DNA of 64,000 nucleotides from Candidatus Eiseniibacteriota bacterium (GTDB lineage Bacteria; Eisenbacteria; RBG-16-71-46): NCBI GenBank assembly GCA_963776245.1, contig CAVZLN010000003.1, positions 960,001 to 1,024,000 of the forward strand, read 5' to 3'. Shown piece by piece: positions 1 to 9,659 of this stretch (position 1 is its first letter; each line of letters starts with the position of its first letter). The notes under the pieces were generated by a model. It saw only the letters and a program-made list of their open reading frames with translations, ran no database searches and was not told where the DNA came from. The position numbers and the translations under genes were made by a program.

Positions 1-1
1 G

Positions 2-748
2 GTGCGCAACGCGTGCGAGGCGGTCACCTTCGACGGCAGCGCGGTGCACGTCGAGAGCGGCACCGACTTCCTCGATCTCATCCTGCGCTGCCGCGACCGG
101 TCGCTCGCCGGGCTGGCGTTCGCGGCCGGCATCCCGGGATCGGTGGGGGGCGCGCTCTATGGCAACGCGGGCTGCTACGGGCAGGACATCGGCTCGTTCG
201 TGATCGAGTGCACCGACGTCACCCCCGACGGCGCGAAGGTCGAGACCCGGCCGGCGGCGTGGTACGAGTTCGGCTACCGCGACTCGCGGCTGAAGCGCGA
301 GCCGCGCGCGCTGCTCTCGTGCCTGCTCCAACTGGCGCCCGGCGACCGCGAGGCCATCCAGCGCGAGATCGACGAGAAGCTCGAGATCCGCCGCGTGAAG
401 CACCCGCGCTGGCGCGTCGAGCCCACCGCGGGCTCGTACTTCAAGAACCTGCCGCCCGACTGGCGGATGCCGGGTGCGAAGCTCTCGCCCGGCACCCATC
501 GCGTCGCCGCCGGGCAGTTGCTCGAGGAGTGCGGCTGCCGCGGCCTGCGCGTGGGCGACGCGCAGGTGTTCCCCCGCCACGCCAACATCATCGTGAACGC
601 CGGCCATGCCAGCGCGCGCGACGTGCTCACGCTCGCGGAGATCATGAAGGCGCGCGCGAAGGCGCGGTTCGGCGTGGCGCTCGAGGAGGAAGTCATGTTC
701 CTCGGGCCGCGGCCGGATCTCGGGCCGCTGGTGGACCCGGGCGCGTAG
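2..748 (+). CDS. murB: UDP-N-acetylenolpyruvoylglucosamine reductase (5' truncated by window edge)
   Basis: GIPGSVGGALYGNAGCYG, FGYRDS, PTAGSYFKN, HANIIVN and LEEEV motifs typical of MurB. Confidence 0.93.
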   Translation: MRNACEAVTFDGSAVHVESGTDFLDLILRCRDRSLAGLAFAAGIPGSVGGALYGNAGCYGQDIGSFVIECTDVTPDGAKVETRPAAWYEFGYRDSRLKREPRALLSCLLQLAPGDREAIQREIDEKLEIRRVKHPRWRVEPTAGSYFKNLPPDWRMPGAKLSPGTHRVAAGQLLEECGCRGLRVGDAQVFPRHANIIVNAGHASARDVLTLAEIMKARAKARFGVALEEEVMFLGPRPDLGPLVDPGA

Positions 749-767
749 CCGGGGCGCGCGAGTCTGG

Positions 768-2072
768 CTACGCCCGCTCCCAGCGGCGCGCCAGCAGGCG
801 CGCGAGTCCCAGGAACACGACGGTGAAGCCGAACAACACCCCGACCTGCGGCGCCAGGTCGATCACGCGCGCGTCGCGCCAGAACACCTTCACGTAACCG
901 TCGAGCGCCCACGCATTGAAGGTGAGCAGTCCCAGCCGCTGCATGCTCTCGCTCATCAGGAAGCGCGGGAACATGCTCCCGCCGAGGGCGGAGAGCGAGA
1001 TGATGATCAGCGTCGAGATCCCGCCCAGCTGCTGCCGCGTGCGGCACAGGGTGGCGAGCATCAGGCCGAAGCCGGCCGCGACCCCGGCGGTGAACACCGT
1101 CATCACCACGAAGCCGGGCAGGTGGGCGAGCAGGTCGAGGTGGAACGCGAGCATCGCGTACACGAACATCACCGTGATCCCGAGGCATCCGAGCAGCACC
1201 AGGTACACGAACTTGCCCGCCAGCAGGCCGTTCATCCCCACGCGGCTCGACAGCACGCGCTCGAGCGTGCCCGACTCCACCTCCTCGAGCAGCGCGCCCG
1301 CCGCGCCGGAGGCGCTGAACATCAGGAACATCACCGCGATGCCGGCGGCGTAGAACGAGATCATGCTGGTGTCGCGCTTGCGGCCCAGCAGCTCGCGCGT
1401 CTCGACGCGCACCAGGCCGTCCGAGCTCCCGCTTCCCGAGTCGCTCGCTGCGCCGCCGCCGAGCTTCGCCAGCGTGGTGTCGCGCTCGCGGACGTCGAGC
1501 ATGGTGAGCCAGCCCTCGGAGAGCTGGCGCTGCCTCGGCGTGAGCCCGCCGGCATAGCGGTCGAACTCGCCGATGCCCCGGCGCGCGAACGACGAGGGCA
1601 TCGCGGTCATCACGACCTTCTGCAGCAGGCCCGCCACCATCTGCGGCGCGACCGGGTCCGACGGGTCGGTGAGGAGCGTGATCGCGTCCCCGCCGCCGTC
1701 GAAGCGGCCGATCGAGGAGTCGATCCCCGCAGGCACCACCAGCGCCACCGGGACGTCCCCGCGGCGCACCCAGGCCTCGGCGCGCGCGCGGTCGAACGGG
1801 ACTCGCGTGGTGTCGGCGGGACTCGCCTGCGCGGTGGTGCGCACGCGCAGTCCGCGCTCGGCCGCGAGCGCCCGGATCAGGCGCAGGCTGGTCGGGGTGC
1901 GCGCCTCGTCCACCACCACCACCGGGACCCGCGGCGTGACGTCGCGCCCACGGCCGCCGAACGCGAACGCGAAGATGGTGAAGAACACGATCGGCACCGC
2001 GAACGTGAGGATCTGCGCCGGACGGTCGCGCCGGAGGTTGGTGAAGTAGACGCGCAGCAGGGGGGCGATCAT
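768..2072 (-). CDS. ABC-2 type exporter permease
   Basis: Starts [10 protein letters not shown] at an ATG overlapping the upstream TGA; N-terminal TM, large loop, EEVESGTLERVLSS motif and several C-terminal TMs with LGGSMFP. Confidence 0.88.
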   Translation of the reverse strand: MIAPLLRVYFTNLRRDRPAQILTFAVPIVFFTIFAFAFGGRGRDVTPRVPVVVVDEARTPTSLRLIRALAAERGLRVRTTAQASPADTTRVPFDRARAEAWVRRGDVPVALVVPAGIDSSIGRFDGGGDAITLLTDPSDPVAPQMVAGLLQKVVMTAMPSSFARRGIGEFDRYAGGLTPRQRQLSEGWLTMLDVRERDTTLAKLGGGAASDSGSGSSDGLVRVETRELLGRKRDTSMISFYAAGIAVMFLMFSASGAAGALLEEVESGTLERVLSSRVGMNGLLAGKFVYLVLLGCLGITVMFVYAMLAFHLDLLAHLPGFVVMTVFTAGVAAGFGLMLATLCRTRQQLGGISTLIIISLSALGGSMFPRFLMSESMQRLGLLTFNAWALDGYVKVFWRDARVIDLAPQVGVLFGFTVVFLGLARLLARRWERA

Positions 2073-2983
2073 TCGCGCAGCTCCCGTCCGGTGAGGTGGA
2101 TGAACACCGACTGCAGGCTCGGCCGGCGCAGCTCGAGATCCACGACCCCGCACCCGGCCGCGGCGACGCGACCCAGCAGCGGGGCCAGTTCGGCGTCGAT
2201 GTCGCGCAGTTGGGCGGTGAGCACGCGATCGCCGTCGGCCGCCTCGAGGCCGGGGATCGCGGCGGCCGGCGCGCGGTCGAGCGTGAGCGTGACGGTGCGG
2301 TGGGCGCCGACGGTGGCGCTCACCAGTTCCGCGAGCGTGCCGGACGCGCACACGCGCCCGTGGTCCACGATCACGATGCGCTCGCAGCGGGCCTCGGCCT
2401 CCTCGAGGTGATGGGTGGTGAGCAGCAGCGTGGCACCCGCGCGCCGCAGGACCTCGAGCATCTCCCAGATGCGCTCGCGGCTTTGCGGATCGACGCCCAC
2501 GGTGGGTTCGTCGAGCAGCAGGACGCGCGGCTCGTGCAGCACGCCGCACGCGATGTTGAGCCGGCGCTTCATGCCGCCGGAGAAGTTCCGGATCGGCTCC
2601 CGCGCGCGGTCGTCGAGCCCGGTCCACCCGAGCGCCCACTCCACGCGCTGGCGCAGCGCCCCGCCCCGCAGTCCCTGGAGTGCGCCGAAGGCCTCGAGGT
2701 TCTCCCTCGCGGTGAGCAGCGGGTAGAGCGCGATCTCCTGCGGCACCACGCCCAGTCCCACCCGCGGCTCGCCGCCCTCGAGGCGCCGGCCGAACAGCTC
2801 GAGCGTCCCGGAATCGAGCCGCACCCGCCCCGCGAGCGTGCGCACCAGCGTGGTCTTGCCGGCACCGTTGGGCCCCAGCAGGCCGAGCAGCTCGCCCTCG
2901 CGCAGCTCGAGCGAGAGCCCGTCGAGCGCCGGGGTGGCGCCGAAGCGCTTCTTCGCGTCGCGAACCTCGAGCACGGTCGTCAT
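2069..2983 (-). CDS. ABC exporter ATP-binding subunit
   Basis: Walker A GPNGAGKT, signature FSGGMKRR, Walker B LLLDEPT, H-loop TTH. Confidence 0.95.
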   Translation of the reverse strand: MTTVLEVRDAKKRFGATPALDGLSLELREGELLGLLGPNGAGKTTLVRTLAGRVRLDSGTLELFGRRLEGGEPRVGLGVVPQEIALYPLLTARENLEAFGALQGLRGGALRQRVEWALGWTGLDDRAREPIRNFSGGMKRRLNIACGVLHEPRVLLLDEPTVGVDPQSRERIWEMLEVLRRAGATLLLTTHHLEEAEARCERIVIVDHGRVCASGTLAELVSATVGAHRTVTLTLDRAPAAAIPGLEAADGDRVLTAQLRDIDAELAPLLGRVAAAGCGVVDLELRRPSLQSVFIHLTGRELRE

Positions 2984-3090
2984 GGCCGGGAATCTAGGCG
3001 GTGGCCGGGGAGAGCTTCAACCCCGCAGCGACGGATGGTCGAACCAGGGGGACGGATGGCCGGCAGGAGCGGCCGGTCGCCGCGGCCGGC

Positions 3091-4086
3091 TCAACCGCCG
3101 ATGGCGCTCATGCCGCGCGCGGGCTGCTCGAACGCCGGGCTGTTGATGAGGTGCCCGGGCTGTTTGCGCCACACTGCGGCGGTCAGCAGCGCGGCGAGGT
3201 CCTCGTCGGTCCCGCCGCCCCGCATCAGGTCGCGCACGTCGTGCTCGTGGTTCGCGAACAGGCAGGTGCGGATCTGACCGTCGGCGGTGAGCCGGATGCG
3301 GTCGCAGTGCCCGCAGAACGGCCGCGTCACCGAGGCGATCATGCCCACGAGCCCGCGCCCGTCGAGGTAGCGGTACATCGACGCGGGAGCACTCGGGTCC
3401 TCGACCCGCGCGGGCTCGAGCGGATAGGCCGCGCCCACCTGCGCGAGGATCTCGCTGGCCGGGACCAGCTTCTCGCGCGACCAGCCGCGTCCGAAGTCGA
3501 GCGGCATCCACTCGATGAAGCGCAGCTCGAACCCCTCGTCGCGCGCCCAGCCCGCCAGCCGCACCGCCTCGTCCTCGTTGAAGCCGCGCATCAGCACCGC
3601 GTTGATCTTGATCGGGGTGAACCCCGCCGCGCGCGCGGCCGCGAGGCCGGCGAACACGTCGGCGATCCGGTCGCGGCGCGCCAGCGCCTGGAAGCGACCG
3701 CGGTCGAGCGTGTCGAGGCTCACGTTGACGCGCCGCAGGCCGGCGTCCCGCAGCGCGGGCGCCATCTCCACCAGCTTGAGACCGTTGGTGGTGAGCGACA
3801 GGTCGAGCCCGGGGCGCAGCTCGCCGAGCAGGCGCACCAGCACCGGCAGGTCGAGCCGGACGGTGGGCTCGCCGCCGGTGAGCCGGATGCCCGTCACCCC
3901 GAGCGACAGGCACACGCGCGCGACGCGCGCGATCTCCTCGTAGGTGAGGATGCGGTCCTTGGGCAACCAGGGCATGCCCGCGGCGGGCATGCAGTACACG
4001 CAGCGCAGGTTGCACCGGTCGGTGACCGAGACGCGCAGGTCACGGACCACGCGGCCCTGGGTGTCGATGAGGGTCGGACGCTCCAT
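3091..4086 (-). CDS. moaA: GTP 3',8-cyclase (molybdenum cofactor biosynthesis)
   Basis: LRVSVTDRCNLRCVYCMP radical-SAM motif, TGGEP, FCGHCDRIRLTADG..CLF, C-terminal MSAIGG. Confidence 0.96.
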   Translation of the reverse strand: MERPTLIDTQGRVVRDLRVSVTDRCNLRCVYCMPAAGMPWLPKDRILTYEEIARVARVCLSLGVTGIRLTGGEPTVRLDLPVLVRLLGELRPGLDLSLTTNGLKLVEMAPALRDAGLRRVNVSLDTLDRGRFQALARRDRIADVFAGLAAARAAGFTPIKINAVLMRGFNEDEAVRLAGWARDEGFELRFIEWMPLDFGRGWSREKLVPASEILAQVGAAYPLEPARVEDPSAPASMYRYLDGRGLVGMIASVTRPFCGHCDRIRLTADGQIRTCLFANHEHDVRDLMRGGGTDEDLAALLTAAVWRKQPGHLINSPAFEQPARGMSAIGG

Positions 4087-4228
4087 GGGTCGGAGGAGTG
4101 TACAACAGCGCAGCCGCTCCGGGCGCGCATCATCGATGCCCTCCCGCCGCCCCCGGTGCTCCCCGGTCCCGCCGTCGCCCCGGTCCCGCCGTCGCCCCGG
4201 CCCCGCCCCGGCCCCGCGGGCCCCGCCG

Positions 4229-4257
4229 TTGACGCGGCCCGCGCGCCCCCCTAGGGT
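4229..4257 (+). promoter_or_regulatory. sigma70-type promoter TTGACG-N17-TAGGGT
   Basis: Near-consensus -35/-10 with 17 nt spacer, 35 nt upstream of the GTG at 4293. Confidence 0.6.
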
Positions 4258-4292
4258 CGCGGGCCGAAGGACCTATCCGACCGGAGAGCCCC

Positions 4293-6197
4293 GTGCCCAA
4301 GTCCGCCCCCAGTCCCCATCCGCCCTCCGCCTCCGCCCCGCCCACCGCCCCGGCCGCGGTCGCCCCGCCGCCCACGTGGCGCGATCCGTGGGCGTGGGCG
4401 ACCGTGCTCGCGGTGCTCCCGCTGGCGTGGGCGATGCGCGGGGCGCTGCAGGCGGAGCCGGTGGCGGACGACTTCGACATGCTGTATCGCGGGTTCTTCA
4501 CCGGGGTGGGGTCTCTGCTGGATGGGGGCGGCACGCAGGCGTTCTGGCGGCCGATTCCGCAGCAGCTCTACTACGGCACCCTCGCGCCGCTGCTGCTGTC
4601 GCACCCGGCGGTGGTGGCGCTGCTCCACATCGGGCTGCTGGCGCTGGGTTCGCTGGTGCTGTATCGCACGCTGCGCCCGAGCTGGAGCGGCGGACTGGCG
4701 GCGGCCGCGGCGTCGTTCCCGCTGCTGGCGGAGTCGGTGCGCACGATCGCGGGTTGGGCGGCGTACTTCGTGGACATCGGCCTGTTCGTGTGCGTCGCGC
4801 TGGCGCTGCATGAGGCGTCGCGGCGGCGGCTGGGGACGGCGCTGGCGGCGCTGCTCGGCGCGCTGCTGTGCAAGGAGTCCGCGGTGGTGGCGGCGGTGAT
4901 GCTGCCGTGGGTGCCCGCGGCTCGACCGCTCGCCGACGGCGAGCGCCGGCGGTGGGCGGTGGCGACGGCGGCCGTGACGCTGGGATGGGGGCTGGTCTAT
5001 CTGTGGGTGCGGCGCAGCGCGCATCTCGAGCTGCCGCACGGGATGGAGCACGACTCCGCTTTACTGGGGACGCCGCTGGGGGTGCGGTTGGGGTGGGCGT
5101 TCGTCGGCAGTCTGAAGGCGCTGGCGAGTCTGACGCTGGTGGCGGGGCCTCGCGATGGAGCGGTGCTGGCGGGGGTGACCGCGCTGTTCGTCCTCGCGTT
5201 CGCTCGGCTGGCGGCGCGGTCCGCCGCGCGGGCGCGCCTGCGGCGGATGCGCGGCTGGATCGGGTTCGGGCTCGCGTGGTTCGTGCTGGCGACGCTGGTG
5301 CTGACGACGATCTTCCCGATGTGGGAGCCGAAACGCAGCCAGTTCGGGGGCGTGGGGCTCGGGATCGCGGCGGTGGGGCTGCTCGGCGCGGCGCACCCGG
5401 CGCTGGCCGGCGCGCTGGTGGTCGGACGGCTCGCGCTGCTGGGGCTGGCACCGGGGGCCGCGAGCGGCGTGAGCACCGAGCCCCCGGTGAGCGGGGCGTT
5501 CATGGACTTCGCGCGGCTCACCCGCCTGCAGCGGCTGATGCGCGTGACGCGCCAGGCGCTGCGGGAACGCCATCCCACCCTGCCGCACGGAGCGGTCCTG
5601 GTGGGACAGAACCTGCCGCACGCGGCCGAGTACGCGCTCGGCGGGGACCAGGCGCTGCGCCTGTGGTACCGCGACTCGACGCTGCGCTGGATGCGCTTCG
5701 AGGAGTTCCGGCGGCACAGCGAGCTGCCGGTCGCCGACATCCTGATGTTCCAGACCGAACTGCGGCCCGAGGTGGTGCTGATCGATCCGGACGCGGTGCG
5801 CGCCCAGTTCCAGGGCTTCGCGCTCCTGCAGCGGGGGCGGTGGGCCGAGGCGCTCGCGCAATACGACCGGGCCGATTCGCTGATCGGCGACCGCCGGGCG
5901 CTGGTGTTGCTCGGGCGGCTCGACTCGGAGCGTTCGTACTGCCTGATCCAGCTCGGACGCCCGTCCGAGGCCGAGGGGGTCTCGCGGCGCGGGCTCGGGC
6001 GCTGGCCGGCCGAGCCGTTCACGCGCCTGACGCTCGCGATGGCGCTGGCCGAGCAGCGCCGCTGGAGCGACGCCGAGGTCCAGCTCGACTCACTGCTGGC
6101 GCGCGAGCCCGGCTACCCCGACGCCCTCGACCTGCGCGCTCGCATCGCCGCGGCCCGCGGCGCGCCAGCGGCCGCGCCGTCGCGAGGGCGGCGCTGA
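4293..6197 (+). CDS. Multi-pass membrane protein, GT-C glycosyltransferase-like N-terminus, C-terminal TPR repeats
   Basis: Many hydrophobic segments; ADDF and FWRP motifs after TM1; CKES motif; TPR-like helices at the C-terminus. Confidence 0.6.
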   Translation: MPKSAPSPHPPSASAPPTAPAAVAPPPTWRDPWAWATVLAVLPLAWAMRGALQAEPVADDFDMLYRGFFTGVGSLLDGGGTQAFWRPIPQQLYYGTLAPLLLSHPAVVALLHIGLLALGSLVLYRTLRPSWSGGLAAAAASFPLLAESVRTIAGWAAYFVDIGLFVCVALALHEASRRRLGTALAALLGALLCKESAVVAAVMLPWVPAARPLADGERRRWAVATAAVTLGWGLVYLWVRRSAHLELPHGMEHDSALLGTPLGVRLGWAFVGSLKALASLTLVAGPRDGAVLAGVTALFVLAFARLAARSAARARLRRMRGWIGFGLAWFVLATLVLTTIFPMWEPKRSQFGGVGLGIAAVGLLGAAHPALAGALVVGRLALLGLAPGAASGVSTEPPVSGAFMDFARLTRLQRLMRVTRQALRERHPTLPHGAVLVGQNLPHAAEYALGGDQALRLWYRDSTLRWMRFEEFRRHSELPVADILMFQTELRPEVVLIDPDAVRAQFQGFALLQRGRWAEALAQYDRADSLIGDRRALVLLGRLDSERSYCLIQLGRPSEAEGVSRRGLGRWPAEPFTRLTLAMALAEQRRWSDAEVQLDSLLAREPGYPDALDLRARIAAARGAPAAAPSRGRR

Positions 6198-6249
6198 ACA
6201 CGGCACGCGCCCGAGTGGCGCCTCACCCGCGCGGGCTATACTCCGTTCC

Positions 6250-7386
6250 ATGACTCCCCGACTGCGCCTGATCCTGGTCGCCGCCGTGCTCGCGGTGTTC
6301 GCCTGGCTCGCCGTCGGGCCGGTGCGCCACGCGCTGCGCTCCTCGCTCGCGAACGTGCGCGCGCTGAAGACCGCCGGCCACGACCGCGAGGCGCTCGCCG
6401 ATGGCGAACGGCTGCCCGCGCTGACGGGCGCGCCGGCGTGGGTGAACGGCGGGCCCATCACCGCCGACTCGCTGGGTGAGCGCATGACCGTCGTGGTGGT
6501 ATTCAGCGACACGCGGCCGGCCACCCTCGACCTGCTGCCCCGCCTCGAGGAGCTCCACGAGGGGTTCTCCGGGGCGGGGCTGCGAGTGGTGGGCGTGCAC
6601 GTGCCCGAGTTCGCCTTCGCCGCCGACACCGCGGTGACCGCGCGGCTCGCCCGGCGGCTGGGCCTGCGCTTCCCGATCGCCCTCGATGCCCGCCGCGAGC
6701 TCGAACGCGCGCTCGGCGGGATGGGCCGCAACGGCGACCCGCGCAAGGTGATCGCGGACGGCGCCGGCCGCGTGATCGGGAGCTCGGACGAGGCCACCGA
6801 CCTGAGCGTGCGTCTCGCGATCGCGCGGCTGATGCCCGGCGTGCCCATCGACTCCCTGCCCCGCGTCGCGGACGGCGGGAGCGGCGCGGAGGATCCCGCC
6901 CAGCGGCCGCGCTTCATCCCGCTCGGCATCGGCCGCGTGGAAGGCGGACCGCTGGCCGAGGCCGAGGCGGGAGAGGCGCGCACCTTCACCGCCCAGTTCC
7001 GCTATCAGGAGCAGGGCGAGCCCGCGGTGCCCTATCCGGTCGGGCGCTGGACGCCCGACGCCGAAGGGCTGACCGCGGTGCGCGGGGGAGCGGCGCAGTT
7101 CGTGGCGATACGCTATGATGCCGCGCGTTCGGGCCCGGCGCGGGTGGGGGCGGTCATGAGCCCGCCGCGCGAGGGACCGGTGCGTGTGTGGGTGCTGCGC
7201 GACGAGAAGTGGCTGCCGCGCGAGGCGCTCGGGGCGGACGCCCGGCTGGATCCGCACGGCGCGTCCTACATCGATGTGGATGAGTCTCGGCTCTACCTCG
7301 TGGCGCGCGGTGGCGGCGTGTTCAAGCTGTCCCCGGAGCGACCCGGGCTGGTGCTCCACGCGTTCACGCTCGAGCCCCGGCACTGA
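6250..7386 (+). CDS. DipZ C-terminal-like thioredoxin-fold protein lacking CxxC
   Basis: N-terminal TM; WVNGGP, GVHVPEFAF, FPIALD and VDESRLY...HAFT motifs resemble the DipZ redoxin plus C-terminal domain; the protein has no Cys. Confidence 0.65.
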   Translation: MTPRLRLILVAAVLAVFAWLAVGPVRHALRSSLANVRALKTAGHDREALADGERLPALTGAPAWVNGGPITADSLGERMTVVVVFSDTRPATLDLLPRLEELHEGFSGAGLRVVGVHVPEFAFAADTAVTARLARRLGLRFPIALDARRELERALGGMGRNGDPRKVIADGAGRVIGSSDEATDLSVRLAIARLMPGVPIDSLPRVADGGSGAEDPAQRPRFIPLGIGRVEGGPLAEAEAGEARTFTAQFRYQEQGEPAVPYPVGRWTPDAEGLTAVRGGAAQFVAIRYDAARSGPARVGAVMSPPREGPVRVWVLRDEKWLPREALGADARLDPHGASYIDVDESRLYLVARGGGVFKLSPERPGLVLHAFTLEPRH

Positions 7387-7409
7387 CGGGAAGAACGACG
7401 GAGAACGAT

Positions 7410-7613
7410 ATGCCGCTGTGCGTCTACCTCTGCTATACGCCGGGCTGCCAGGCCAAGACCGATCGCTGGATGGAGACCGCCGAGGAGGGCGCGGCGGCGC
7501 GCCTCGAGTGTCCGCGCTGCGGTGTGCCGATGCAGTGCGCGTGGACCGGCTCCCAGACCGCGACCCCCAACATGAAGGACGCGGCTGTCTTCCCGAAGCG
7601 CCAGGCGGGCTGA
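7410..7613 (+). CDS. Small zinc-ribbon protein (FmdB-like)
   Basis: MPLCVYLCYTPGC...CPRCG; GGAG RBS upstream; 67 aa with 6 Cys. Confidence 0.6.
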   Translation: MPLCVYLCYTPGCQAKTDRWMETAEEGAAARLECPRCGVPMQCAWTGSQTATPNMKDAAVFPKRQAG

Positions 7614-7659
7614 GGAAGCCGGGCCCCGGCCCGCTGCGGCGCCCGCTTCCCGCGCGGAC

Positions 7660-8499
7660 TCAGTTGAGCGCCGAGAGGATGCCGCGCAGCGCCACCACCC
7701 GGCGCTCGACATCCTCGCGGTCCAGCGCCGCCGGCGCGCTCGCGAGGTAGTCGCGCAGCGCCTCCAGCGCCTCGCCGTAGCGACCCAGCCGGTGGAGCAG
7801 CAGGCCGCGGTCGCGCCGCTGGCCGGCGTCCTCGGGGTGGAGCACCAGCAGGCGCTCGACCGCCGCCAGCGCGCCGGCGTGGTGGTCCGCGCGCAGGTAG
7901 GAGTTCTTCAGGTTGTGGAGCAGGCGCACGATCATCTCGCGCTTGCCCACCGAGGCGAGCATCGCCGGCTCGAACTCCAGCCGCCCGCCGGTGCTCGCCG
8001 CCAGGATGCGGCGGCAGTCCTCCTCGTGCACCGAGCGCCCGTCGTCGAACGGGTCGAGCACCAGGTCGCCGGGCTCGCCGGCGAGCCGCACCAGGAAGTG
8101 CGCCGGGAAGCCCACGCCCTCGAGCGGCATGTCCACGCGCCAGCCCAGCTCGAGCATCACGATGGCGAGCGTGAGCGGGATCCCCTTGCGGCGCCCGAGC
8201 ACCTCGTGCAGCAGCGCGTTGCGCGGGTCGAAGTAGTCGCGCGTGTCGCCGCGGAAGCCCAGCTCGTCGTACACGAAGGAGCGCAGCCGGGCGAGGCGCT
8301 GCAGGTTGTTCCACGACGGATCGAGGCGCTGCTTGAGCGTGCGGCCCCACTCGTCGAGGATGCCGACCTGCTGCTCCACGCGCAGCGCCGGGTCCGCTTC
8401 GGCGGCCACCAGCAGCGCCGCGCGCGCGAGGTCGAGCCCGGACTCGGGCCGCTGCATGTGGGTGAGGAACTCGAGCCGCAGGTCGTCGGGGGACGGCAT
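7660..8499 (-). CDS. SirB1/transglutaminase-like protein with C-terminal TPR
   Basis: LGFRGD..DYFDPRN.LL.EVL.RRKGIPLTL, GVGFPAHFLVR, LDPF and RDRGLL motifs. Confidence 0.88.
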   Translation of the reverse strand: MPSPDDLRLEFLTHMQRPESGLDLARAALLVAAEADPALRVEQQVGILDEWGRTLKQRLDPSWNNLQRLARLRSFVYDELGFRGDTRDYFDPRNALLHEVLGRRKGIPLTLAIVMLELGWRVDMPLEGVGFPAHFLVRLAGEPGDLVLDPFDDGRSVHEEDCRRILAASTGGRLEFEPAMLASVGKREMIVRLLHNLKNSYLRADHHAGALAAVERLLVLHPEDAGQRRDRGLLLHRLGRYGEALEALRDYLASAPAALDREDVERRVVALRGILSALN

Positions 8500-9604
8500 G
8501 ACGCGTGAACCCTCCTCGTCGAGCCGCGCGCGGGCGGCGGCACCGGTGCTGCCGGTGGCCGCGCTGCGGCGGCGGTTGCTCGCATGGTACCGCCGCGAGG
8601 CCCGCGACCTGCCATGGCGCCGCACCCGGGACCCGTACGCGGTGTGGGTCTCGGAGAGCATGCTCCAGCAGACCCAGGTGACCACGGTGCTGCCCTACTA
8701 CGCGCGCTTCCTCGCGCGCTTCCCCTCGCTCGCGGCGCTGGCACGGGCCCGCGAGGCCGAGGTGCTCCACGCGTGGGCCGGGCTCGGCTACTACCGGCGC
8801 GCGCGGGCGCTGCGGACGGCCGCCGGCATCGTGGTGCGCGAGCACGGCGGGCGGGTGCCCGACGACCCGGAGGCCTTCGGGCGCCTGCCCGGCGTGGGGC
8901 GCTACACCTGCGGCGCGGTGCTCTCGATCGCCTACGACCGCGCGCTGCCGGTGCTCGACGGCAACGTCGCGCGCGTGCTCTCGCGCCTCACCGCGCGGCC
9001 GCTGGTGTCGCGCGCGCCGCGCGATGCGAAGGCGCTGTGGGCACTCGCGACCTCGCTGGTTCCGATGCGCGCACCCGGCGCCTGGAACCAGGCGATGATG
9101 GAACTGGGCGCGCGGGTGTGCACCCCGCGCGCTCCGCTCTGCGAGACCTGCCCGGTGCGCGCGCTCTGTCGGGCGCGCGCGCTCGGGCGCGTGGACGAGT
9201 TCCCGCCGCCGGCCCCGCGCCGCGCGGGAGTCCACGTGCGGCGCGCGCTGGCGCTGATCGAGCGGCGTGGCCGCGTACTGGTGACGCGCCGCGCGGGCCG
9301 GCTGCTGGCCGGGCTGTGGGAGCCGCCGGGAGTGGACCTGGCGCGTGGCGCCGATGCGCGCCGGGCGCTGGCCGCGGCGCTGCGCGCGCTGGGACTGGCC
9401 GCGGCGCTCGCGCCGCTCGGCATCGCGGTGCGCCATACCATCACCCACCGCACGTTCGAGGTGGCGCTGTGGCGCGGCCGGCTGGCGGGCCGCGCGCCGC
9501 GCGCCGCGCACCTTCGCTTCGTGGATCCCGCGGCGCCGGACGTGGCGCTCACCGCGCTGGCGAGCAAGGCGATGCGCGCGGCGCGCGCGGCGCGCGAGGA
9601 ATGA
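8498..9604 (+). CDS. mutY: A/G-specific adenine glycosylase
   Basis: RDLPWRRTRDPYAVWVSESMLQQTQV, WAGLGYY, LPGVGRYT HhH motif, DGNVARV, CTPRAPLCETCPVRALC Fe-S motif; start position uncertain. Confidence 0.93.
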   Translation: MTREPSSSSRARAAAPVLPVAALRRRLLAWYRREARDLPWRRTRDPYAVWVSESMLQQTQVTTVLPYYARFLARFPSLAALARAREAEVLHAWAGLGYYRRARALRTAAGIVVREHGGRVPDDPEAFGRLPGVGRYTCGAVLSIAYDRALPVLDGNVARVLSRLTARPLVSRAPRDAKALWALATSLVPMRAPGAWNQAMMELGARVCTPRAPLCETCPVRALCRARALGRVDEFPPPAPRRAGVHVRRALALIERRGRVLVTRRAGRLLAGLWEPPGVDLARGADARRALAAALRALGLAAALAPLGIAVRHTITHRTFEVALWRGRLAGRAPRAAHLRFVDPAAPDVALTALASKAMRAARAAREE

Positions 9605-9659
9605 CGTGCTCACCGACCGGCGCGGGTGCTAGTTTGCCGGCGGGTCGCCGGCGCGACCC

